Shown in pieces: positions 52,893-60,486 of a stretch of 64,000 nt of DNA. A model generated the notes under the pieces. The model did not search any database and was not told the DNA's origin. It saw only the letters and a list, made by a program, of their open reading frames with translations. A program made the position numbers and the translations under genes. Origin of the DNA: Leptospiraceae bacterium (GTDB lineage Bacteria > Spirochaetota > Leptospiria > Leptospirales > Leptonemataceae); the NCBI GenBank assembly GCA_040217195.1, contig JAVJNR010000005.1, positions 288,001 to 352,000 on the forward strand, written 5' to 3'. Position 1 is the stretch's first letter. Each line of letters begins with the position of its first letter.

Positions 52893-53975
52893 ATGGAGCC
52901 CAGCACCCCGGTCGGCTTTTTCGGGAATTTACATCCAGTCCTCCAGGGTACTAACGTACCTGCCGAAAATGTTACTGTGGCTGTTGCGGAAGAGTACCAG
53001 AGTTATTTACAAAGCTTTAGAACCAACCTTGAGGTAGAAAGAGATCTTTCTCCACACAGTGTCAGAGCCTATCTTTCGGACCTGGAAGAGTTTCTGCTAT
53101 TTCTGCAATCCGAAGATTTGCAACCCGAGCAATGTGATGCCAGGATACTTCGCTCCTTTTTTACAGCTCGCACCGGAGTTGATTTCTCTCGAAATCCTCT
53201 AAAGTCCGATCCACGGGCGGTAACCGGAAAAACAGGTCACAGAAAACTATCGGCCAGAAGTCAGGCCAGAAAACTATCCACACTACGATTGTTCTTTCGT
53301 CAGTTAATGAAGCAGGGTAAGATCAAATCCAATCCAGCCAGAGATTTGCCCTCTCCCAGATTTTATCGCGCTCTTCCTGGAGTACTGCGTCCTGGAGAAC
53401 TGGAAAATGTTCTGGAGGCACCCACATCCACTGAATCCATCGAGCCCAATCGAAGACTGCGCAAAGACGTAGGCGAAGCGGTTAAGTCCAGAGACAGGGC
53501 TATTTTTGAAACACTGTATTCCACAGGTATGCGAATCTCCGAATTATTGTCCCTCAATCTGGACGATGTAGAAAACCTTCCCGATCGAATCAAGATCACA
53601 GGTAAAGGAAGCAAGCAGCGAATTGTATTTGTGGGCGAAGAAGCCAGGCTTGCTCTTGCCCGATACATGAAATTAAGGCCTCAACTACGTCCGGAGAATG
53701 GTGCCCTATTTTGCAACGCCAGGGGCGGTCCACTTACTGATCGTGGAGTGCGCGACCGAATGCAGAAGTATGCCCGCCAGCTCGGTTTGAGCAAATTGCA
53801 TCCACATAAGCTTCGACATTCCTTTGCCACAGATCTATTGAATGAAGGCGCAGACATTCGAGCAGTGCAGGAGATGCTGGGACATAGCAGCCTTTCCACA
53901 ACGCAGATCTATACATCGGTCAGCAAGGACCGTCTCAGGGATATTTATCGCAACTGCCACCCCAGAGGGCATTGA
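52893..53975 (+). CDS. xerC: Tyrosine recombinase, XerC/XerD family (start may be the downstream GTG at 52977)
   Basis: LSPHSVRAYLSDL; catalytic residues in TGMRISE, GKGSK, HKLRHSFAT and LGHSSLSTTQIY. Confidence 0.85.
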   Translation: MEPSTPVGFFGNLHPVLQGTNVPAENVTVAVAEEYQSYLQSFRTNLEVERDLSPHSVRAYLSDLEEFLLFLQSEDLQPEQCDARILRSFFTARTGVDFSRNPLKSDPRAVTGKTGHRKLSARSQARKLSTLRLFFRQLMKQGKIKSNPARDLPSPRFYRALPGVLRPGELENVLEAPTSTESIEPNRRLRKDVGEAVKSRDRAIFETLYSTGMRISELLSLNLDDVENLPDRIKITGKGSKQRIVFVGEEARLALARYMKLRPQLRPENGALFCNARGGPLTDRGVRDRMQKYARQLGLSKLHPHKLRHSFATDLLNEGADIRAVQEMLGHSSLSTTQIYTSVSKDRLRDIYRNCHPRGH

Positions 53976-54235
53976 ATCCTTGCGCGAATAGCTACTCCTG
54001 GCCTGGCTGTCATGGCTTAGGAGGATCACAACCCTTGCTTTGCCCGGCCCGCTGCCAGATACAATCCCGGGCCATAAATAGACCGACCGGACAGAGTGCT
54101 GGGGCCATTAGCTAAGAGATTCCGGTATGAGCCCCGATACACCTGGAGTTACCAGGGCCAGGAGCACAGGACAAAGCCTTATTCTGCTTGTTTTCCTGTA
54201 GACTGTGGAAACTCTGACCTTTTGGAGGGTCCGGA

Positions 54236-54397
54236 ATGTCGGAAGCGGAAGAACAGAAGAAGAATAAGAAAGTCAATCGAATGACTTTGCAAGAGATCAA
54301 TGATGCTCTCAAGAAGACTGAAGAGCATATGAAGGGCAATACAAGTCAGTACGCCCAGGCTCTTCTGGCACGAAAAACAGAGCTAGAAGCGAAATAA
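54236..54397 (+). CDS. 53-aa small protein not in the ORF track (MSEAEEQKKNKKVNRMTLQEINDALKKTEEHMKGNTSQYAQALLARKTELEAK)
   Basis: GGAGG RBS at 54224, ATG at 54236, TAA at 54395, hairpin immediately downstream. Confidence 0.7.
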   Translation: MSEAEEQKKNKKVNRMTLQEINDALKKTEEHMKGNTSQYAQALLARKTELEAK

Positions 54398-54398
54398 T

Positions 54399-54421
54399 GC
54401 CAGTGCCCTGAAGGCACTGGC
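54399..54421. terminator. Hairpin between convergent genes, possible terminator
   Basis: GCCAGTGCC-CTGAA-GGCACTGGC perfect 9-bp stem; weak T tract. Confidence 0.5.
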
Positions 54422-54519
54422 CGTTCATTTCTCCGGGGAACCATTTCCGGTCCCATTTTTCATAATATCGGAATGCTGTAGCGTATCTTATTCGAGAGCG
54501 CCCCGGGCTATTTCCCGAA

Positions 54520-54855
54520 CTATCCTAATACATCGAAAAGCTGGCCCGGTTCAGCCATTGTGTTTTCTGTCCTGGGTAGAGGTGCAGTCAAATACAGAAG
54601 CATCTTTATGTCCTGCTCGCTAAGAACCTGTTTCATCCGCTCTTCCAGGGTCGCTCTGGTATGATGCAGTAGAAATTCCGAATCCTTCTTAACCTTCTTG
54701 CTGCTTTCTTCGGCAGCCTCAGGACGTAGAGTCTCTTCTCCGGGACGCCGCATGGGCATTAAATCCGGCTGCTTATGGCTGGAAATCTCCGGACGAATAC
54801 GCTCGGAATTCTGTATATTTGCTGGATTCTGTGATGTTCCTACTGAGCCAACCAT
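54520..54855 (-). CDS. Hypothetical protein
   Basis: 111-aa ORF with GGAGG RBS. Confidence 0.6.
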   Translation of the reverse strand: MVGSVGTSQNPANIQNSERIRPEISSHKQPDLMPMRRPGEETLRPEAAEESSKKVKKDSEFLLHHTRATLEERMKQVLSEQDIKMLLYLTAPLPRTENTMAEPGQLFDVLG

Positions 54856-55007
54856 ATCAGGCCTCCACTAAATCCTTCGGAAATGGGAGAAAAAACTTAA
54901 CTCGGGGCAAACTGGAATTCCGGCATTTTTGGCCTCTAGAAGCCGGGGTCAGGTATGCTACCTGGTTACTATAGAACACTGAAATTTAAGTTATGTCAAG
55001 TCCGGGA

Positions 55008-56252
55008 TTAGTGTCCGGGACGAAAATCCAGCATCTGAAACATCATATTGGCGCCCTGATCATCCGAGGAGAGTACCCGACCAAATACGGTAATATCCTG
55101 ACCTGCTTCCAGCTCCTTCAATCCATCCATGGTTCCGGTATCTGCTCCGCTGTAGCGCATCAAAACCGATTCATCTCGGTCCCGTAACCTGATCCGCAGA
55201 TCTGCTCCGGTGGATGATGGCCGGGAAGTCTCCACGGATCCCTGCCATAGAAATACAGCATCCCGGTAGCTATAGGGATCATTTTCGATTTCTGCAAGTG
55301 TAACGGAGTCGCTAAACCCATCCATTCTGGGAAGAGGAATGGACTGTCGCAATGTCTTGGCCCTTTCCTTGAATACAAAATCGATGTTCGACCGCTCCAG
55401 CCTTCCCAGGATTTTTCGAGCCTGGTTTACTCTACCATCCTCTATGGCCATCCTGGCTTTTTCGTAATCTTCTACGGCATTATCTTTGGATTCATAGAAA
55501 TACTGAAATTCGCCGGCAGCCTCCGGCAATACCGTGCTGTGACCCGGTGGCCTGGGCAGATCCGAATCCATAAGTGGATCCTCCGAACTACCCAGCATTT
55601 TCCATATCCCCAGAGACAGAAGTACCAGTGCAATAAGTATGGCTCCTCCCAGGGCCAGCCGGGGACCAACTTTACTGGTTGGCGTCGGGTATGGATCCTC
55701 CCCTTCTTTTCGCGCCGGCTTGCCAATTGGCTTCAGTCCTCCTTTACCAGAGGAACCCTGGCTTGCGGTAAGCTGATGATCATCGGACCAATCCGAGCCA
55801 TGACCCTTACGGTTTTCAGGAGCTATGCCTGGAAAGAAATCCAGGATGCCAGCTCTTTTGCGACTGTATTCTGCCAGAGAGTCCGGGGCTTCCTTTATTT
55901 GTTCTATTAATCCGTCGCATCGAGTATCGGATGGATCCAGCTCGAGAATGGAGGTAAGAGTTACCAGTGCTTCTTCCGGCTTTCTGGATTGGAGCTCCAG
56001 ATAGGCCTGGATATAGCGGCTACTCACTGAATCGCCACCCACATCCATCAGCTCCTGGTAGTATCTTCGAGCCTGTTGAATGTGTCCCAGACCAAAAAGA
56101 GAAATGCATGCGAAGTACAGGGACCATGCCCGCTTCTGTGGTATTGAGCTTTCGCTTTTCTGGCTTTCCAGTTCGCTTCTAATTTCGCGAAAGGCCTGAC
56201 TGTATTCGGCCTCTCGGATCAAATTGCGAACCCGCTCTCTATAGGATTCCAT
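55008..56252 (-). CDS. TPR-containing single-pass membrane protein
   Basis: N-terminal TPR-like helices, central TM (LALGGAILIALVLLSLGIW), beta-rich C-terminus. Confidence 0.65.
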   Translation of the reverse strand: MESYRERVRNLIREAEYSQAFREIRSELESQKSESSIPQKRAWSLYFACISLFGLGHIQQARRYYQELMDVGGDSVSSRYIQAYLELQSRKPEEALVTLTSILELDPSDTRCDGLIEQIKEAPDSLAEYSRKRAGILDFFPGIAPENRKGHGSDWSDDHQLTASQGSSGKGGLKPIGKPARKEGEDPYPTPTSKVGPRLALGGAILIALVLLSLGIWKMLGSSEDPLMDSDLPRPPGHSTVLPEAAGEFQYFYESKDNAVEDYEKARMAIEDGRVNQARKILGRLERSNIDFVFKERAKTLRQSIPLPRMDGFSDSVTLAEIENDPYSYRDAVFLWQGSVETSRPSSTGADLRIRLRDRDESVLMRYSGADTGTMDGLKELEAGQDITVFGRVLSSDDQGANMMFQMLDFRPGH

Positions 56253-56273
56253 TCTAATGATTCCTGCTTTTGA

Positions 56274-56783
56274 TCAGGCCAGAGGATCCTTCACCGAAAG
56301 TATGCCTGCACGAACCAGCTGAGATACAAGGGCATCCATGGCCAGTCGATATCCTCCGGTGCCCAGCCCAACGATTATTCCAGAGGCAATATCGCTTAAA
56401 TAGGACTGATGTCTGAAGGATTCCCTGGCATATACATTCGATACATGGACTTCGATAAAAGGTAAGTTAACGGCCAGCAATGCATCTCGAATGGCCACTG
56501 AAGTATGAGTAAAGCCCGCTGCATTGATGAGAAAACCGGCCACCGGTTCCAGTCGGGCCTGCTGGATTCTATCCACAATTCTACCTTCATGGTTGGACTG
56601 AAAATAATCCAGCCTCACTCCCAGGGACCGTCCATGATCTTCCAGCTTCAGGTGAAGTGAGTCCAGAGTATCCGTGCCGTAAATTTCTGTCTCGCGCTCA
56701 CCCAGAAGATTCAGATTCGGGCCCTGCAATACAAGCAGCGTATTCTTTCCCTCTTCTGAATTTCTTGCAGTGAGCTTTTCCAT
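56274..56783 (-). CDS. aroQ: Type II 3-dehydroquinate dehydratase
   Basis: [35 protein letters not shown]. Confidence 0.95.
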   Translation of the reverse strand: MEKLTARNSEEGKNTLLVLQGPNLNLLGERETEIYGTDTLDSLHLKLEDHGRSLGVRLDYFQSNHEGRIVDRIQQARLEPVAGFLINAAGFTHTSVAIRDALLAVNLPFIEVHVSNVYARESFRHQSYLSDIASGIIVGLGTGGYRLAMDALVSQLVRAGILSVKDPLA

Positions 56784-56856
56784 ACCTACAGAGATGTGGC
56801 AAAAGGTCTAAAGATCAAGCGAGAATATGATGCCCGGCTCAGTTGCCTACCCGGGT

Positions 56857-57993
56857 TTAGTTCCATTTATCCTTCTGATCATTCCAGGCGGCCGCAAAAT
56901 CTTCGTAGGATACCGGAACCGAAAGATCCAGACCATCCTTTCCGAACAGAACAAATCGAATCTGACCCTCTACGTTCTTTTTATCATATTTCATATGCTG
57001 CCATAGATCCGATGCTTCCAGACCTGCCGTATCCATGGGAAGGTTCAGACTTTCCATCATTTCCAGGTTCTCCTGGACTAGCTTCGCATCGTAACCCCGG
57101 TTGCCGGACAGAAGAAGAGCCGTAACCAGGCCCCGGCTCACTGCCTGACCATGGGAAAACCGGCCATAATCGGTTAAAGATTCAATTCCATGAGCCGTGG
57201 TATGTCCCAGGTTCAAACAGGCTCTTAGTCCGGCTTCCTTCTCATCTCTGGCAACTACAAAGGCCTTCACTGCCATGGATTCAATGATTCTAGGAGCCAG
57301 AGTCTCTGGATCGCGCACATTACCGGCAGAATGGATCAATGCTTTCCTGAGCTTTCCGGAGGTCTCCAGAGCTGCATGTTTGGCCATCTCCGCCAGACCG
57401 CAGGACCATTCTGTATCGGGTAGAGTTTGAAGAGTATTCAGGTTACACCAGACCAGTCCCGGATGATAGAATGCACCCACCATATTTTTCCCCAGACCGG
57501 TATTTACGGCAACCTTGCCGCCCACGGAAGAATCCACCATGGCAAGCAATGTGGTGGGAATCTGAATAAAGGGAATTCCTCTGAGAATGGTTGCCGCTAC
57601 AAATCCTGCAAAGTCGCCCACAACTCCTCCTCCAAGAGCCAGAATGATACTTCTTCGATCCACACCTCTTTCTATGAGGGAATTATACACCGGACCCAGA
57701 TGATCCAGATGTTTGGACGATTCTCCACCGGGAAAAGATATGGTATGGCAGGGTACGGAAACCTCCAGTGCGGATTCCAGATTCCCGGCTATGTTCAAAA
57801 GCTTCTTTTCTGTCAGGATAAATACCCGGGACGGATTCATTGCCTGCAGCCGCTCTTTCAGAGTTGGCCCTCCCTGCAAAGGATTACAGAAGTCATGGGA
57901 TAGAATGATAGAGTATTCGCTGGAAACGGTTTCTTCGCTTCCGGGCTTTAGATGTAGACGATCCGACTCAAATGGTTCGGTGGAGATTTCCAT
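56857..57993 (-). CDS. aroB: 3-dehydroquinate synthase
   Basis: ALGGGVVGDFAGF, PTTLLAMVDSSVGGK, GKNMVGAF, LNLGHTTAH, DKKN. Confidence 0.95.
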   Translation of the reverse strand: MEISTEPFESDRLHLKPGSEETVSSEYSIILSHDFCNPLQGGPTLKERLQAMNPSRVFILTEKKLLNIAGNLESALEVSVPCHTISFPGGESSKHLDHLGPVYNSLIERGVDRRSIILALGGGVVGDFAGFVAATILRGIPFIQIPTTLLAMVDSSVGGKVAVNTGLGKNMVGAFYHPGLVWCNLNTLQTLPDTEWSCGLAEMAKHAALETSGKLRKALIHSAGNVRDPETLAPRIIESMAVKAFVVARDEKEAGLRACLNLGHTTAHGIESLTDYGRFSHGQAVSRGLVTALLLSGNRGYDAKLVQENLEMMESLNLPMDTAGLEASDLWQHMKYDKKNVEGQIRFVLFGKDGLDLSVPVSYEDFAAAWNDQKDKWN

Positions 57994-58155
57994 GATTCCA
58001 TTTCGCAACCAGGGCCGGGCACTACAACAAAAACCTGTCCGAACATTGTCTGCCACCAAACTCTCTGACTTTGATAATCCAATCGATGGTCCACAGGTCT
58101 GACCTTTAACAAGCAGAAAGCGGCGGATATTCCAGCATCAGATCCCCTGAGCGGA

Positions 58156-58881
58156 TCAGGGATCGCGTAATTTTTCCAGCGCTCTCTGGGCCGCTTGCTG
58201 TTCCGCCCTTTTACGAGAGCTACCCTGCCCTCGAGCAATCTCCAGCCCCTGCACCATGACTCTGCAGGTGAATTCCCGTTTATGGTCCGGTCCACCCTGT
58301 CCTACAAGTTCGTAGACCGGTATGGTATGGCTTCGTTTTTGAATCATTTCCTGCAATGCAGACTTTGGATCCAGAGCTTTTCCAGGTTTGCTCAAGGACT
58401 CAATCTTTTTCTGTAACAGGTTCAGTACAAACTTTCGCGTGGTAGAAATCCCGCGATCCAGATAGATACCTGCGATTAATGCTTCAAATCCGTCTGCCAG
58501 ATTGGACGGTCTACGGGCCCCACCGCTGTTTCGCTCACCGCGACTCATTCTCAGAACGGATCCAAGACGAATAGCACGGGCCGCTCCGGAAAGAGTCTTT
58601 TCTGATACAGCTGCAGACTTGATTCTGGCCAGCATTCCTTCCTGATAATCCGGATATTTTCTATAAAGGAATTCGTTTACAATGAAACCAAGAACAGAGT
58701 CACCCAGGTACTCCAGTCTTTGATTATCTTTCTGGGATCGGCCTGGTTCTTTCGCAAATGAGCTGTGAGTGAGGGATTGGTTTAGTAGCTTGAGATCCTT
58801 AAATCTAATGCCGTTTCGCTCGCAGAACTCCTGCAATTCTTTGATTCTGGCGGGCTCGAGCGGCCCTTCAGAACGACTCAT
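58156..58881 (-). CDS. rnc: Ribonuclease III
   Basis: THSS, NQRLEYLGDSVL, LADGFEALIAGIYLD; dsRBD DPKSALQE, GPDH, AEQQAA. Confidence 0.97.
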   Translation of the reverse strand: MSRSEGPLEPARIKELQEFCERNGIRFKDLKLLNQSLTHSSFAKEPGRSQKDNQRLEYLGDSVLGFIVNEFLYRKYPDYQEGMLARIKSAAVSEKTLSGAARAIRLGSVLRMSRGERNSGGARRPSNLADGFEALIAGIYLDRGISTTRKFVLNLLQKKIESLSKPGKALDPKSALQEMIQKRSHTIPVYELVGQGGPDHKREFTCRVMVQGLEIARGQGSSRKRAEQQAAQRALEKLRDP

Positions 58882-58971
58882 TACGGGGCTCCAGTTAGAT
58901 TGATAGGCGGGATATCAAACACTTTGTCAGTGAATTACAGAGCATTGCGCCTGCAAAGAGAGAAAAATAGT

Positions 58972-59051
58972 GAAGAAGGCCGGTTATCTTCTCAATTGTT
59001 CAATGGCCCGGAGGCTTAACTGAGAATTGAGGCGGATAAACGGCCTCCTTC
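58972..59051 (-). promoter_or_regulatory. Long imperfect hairpin in the acpP-rnc intergenic region
   Basis: GAAGAAGGCCGGTTATCTTCTCAATT pairs with AATTGAGGCGGATAAACGGCCTCCTTC (about 26 bp with a few mismatches). Confidence 0.6.
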
Positions 59052-59074
59052 CAAATGTTTTCCAGTTACCTGGA

Positions 59075-59311
59075 TTAGCTTTGATGTTCTTCGATGTATT
59101 TGATTACATCACCAACAGTCTGGATCTTTTCAGCGTCTTCGTCAGAGATTTCAACACCGAATTCTTCTTCTAGAGCCATTACCAGCTCTACAGTGTCCAG
59201 AGAGTCAGCACCAAGGTCATCGATGAAGTGAGCCTCGGGAGTAACTTCGCTTTCGTCAACTCCGAGCTGTTCTACGATGATACCTTTTACTTTTTCCAGC
59301 AAATCAGCCAT
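59075..59311 (-). CDS. acpP: Acyl carrier protein
   Basis: [21 protein letters not shown] phosphopantetheine motif. Confidence 0.98.
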   Translation of the reverse strand: MADLLEKVKGIIVEQLGVDESEVTPEAHFIDDLGADSLDTVELVMALEEEFGVEISDEDAEKIQTVGDVIKYIEEHQS

Positions 59312-59433
59312 GATTTTGCTCCATTCTTTAAGATTCTTTAGATTCGCTATGCGAATCGGCACTCGCAACCTTCACTGAGGCCATCTTCGACGCAAGTGGA
59401 AAAATGAAAAAATTTCCGAACCGGTGGTTTTTT

Positions 59434-60186
59434 TTACTCCGGACGGAAACCCCCTCCATTTATGTCGAGTACATGAGCCGTAATGAAAGATGCCATGTCC
59501 GAGCATAGAAAGGCTACACCGTTTGCTATGTCCAGAGGTTCTCCAGCGCGACCGAGAGGAATTTTCTTCACCATCTCATCACGGATTTTATCCGGAATGG
59601 CATCCGTCATATCGGTCTTTACAAATCCGGGGGCGATCGCATTGCATCGAATTCCCCGAGAAGAGCCTTCCAGGGCCACAGTCTTGGTAAAACCGATCAC
59701 ACCGGCCTTGGAGGCAGAATAATTGGCCTGCCCCGGATTTCCATTCTCACCAGCGATGGAGCTGATGTTAACAATGCTACCGGAACGAGCTTTCATCATT
59801 TGCTTGAAAGCTGCCTGGGTGCAGAGGTAGGTACCGGTCAGGTTTACGGCAATGACTGCATCCCATTGCTCCTTTTTCATTCTCATCAGCAGGGTATCTT
59901 TGGTGATTCCTGCATTGTTCACTAGAATATCGATCTTTCCCAGAGTGGAAATGCAAGTTTCGATAAGCTGCTCAGCAGGCTCTTGCTGTGAAATATCCCC
60001 GGCAAAATGCCCGGTTTTGACTCCGCGGGAAGATGCAATCTCTTCTGCTGCCTTTTTGGCTGCATCGTCATTGATATCGTTAATGATTATGTCGGCTCCA
60101 AGTTCAGCCAGTCGGTCTGCAATGGCATACCCAATTCCACGAGCAGATCCGGTTACCACAGCGGCTTTTCCTTTCAGATCAACCAT
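59434..60186 (-). CDS. fabG: 3-oxoacyl-ACP reductase
   Basis: TGSARGIG, NNAGITKD, YSASKAG; adjacent to acpP. Confidence 0.95.
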   Translation of the reverse strand: MVDLKGKAAVVTGSARGIGYAIADRLAELGADIIINDINDDAAKKAAEEIASSRGVKTGHFAGDISQQEPAEQLIETCISTLGKIDILVNNAGITKDTLLMRMKKEQWDAVIAVNLTGTYLCTQAAFKQMMKARSGSIVNISSIAGENGNPGQANYSASKAGVIGFTKTVALEGSSRGIRCNAIAPGFVKTDMTDAIPDKIRDEMVKKIPLGRAGEPLDIANGVAFLCSDMASFITAHVLDINGGGFRPE

Positions 60187-60486
60187 GATATTCTCCTATT
60201 TTTTGATTGGTCAGGGTTACCAGAGCGATTATTGGGTCAAGCAAGCAAAGAGTCGCATAATTGTAATTTCCCTCCATAGAATTGGAACCCTGCTCGTCCG
60301 ATAATAAATCTATCTGCCAGTGGGTCCTGGGTGTATCTTTCGCTACAGATACAAAAATCTGGGCAAAAGGACCGCCAGTCGAGAAAATGGTCATGCGCAC
60401 AGGCGGATTGCATTACCCGAGAAATATACAGGGGATGATCCGGAAGATCGTCAAATTTCTTCCGGTTAGAGCGAAAAGGTAGAAAA

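Noticed and set aside
52893..53975. Phage or genomic-island integrase
   Set aside because: The sequence looks like housekeeping XerC/D, and there is no att site, tRNA or phage gene nearby
54101..54170. tRNA-Ala or tmRNA (begins GGGGCCATTAGCT) or a TPP riboswitch
   Set aside because: No T-loop or CCA acceptor end, and the TPP-conserved UGAGA and CUGAU motifs are not intact
54974..55001. Complete dif site (TTATGTCAAGT XerD-like arm at 54991)
   Set aside because: No XerC arm ending in ATAA 6 bp upstream
58924..58946. PafBC-type promoter (TTGTCAGTG-N8)
   Set aside because: The following hexamer AGCATT is not TANNNT, and the site points antisense to acpP
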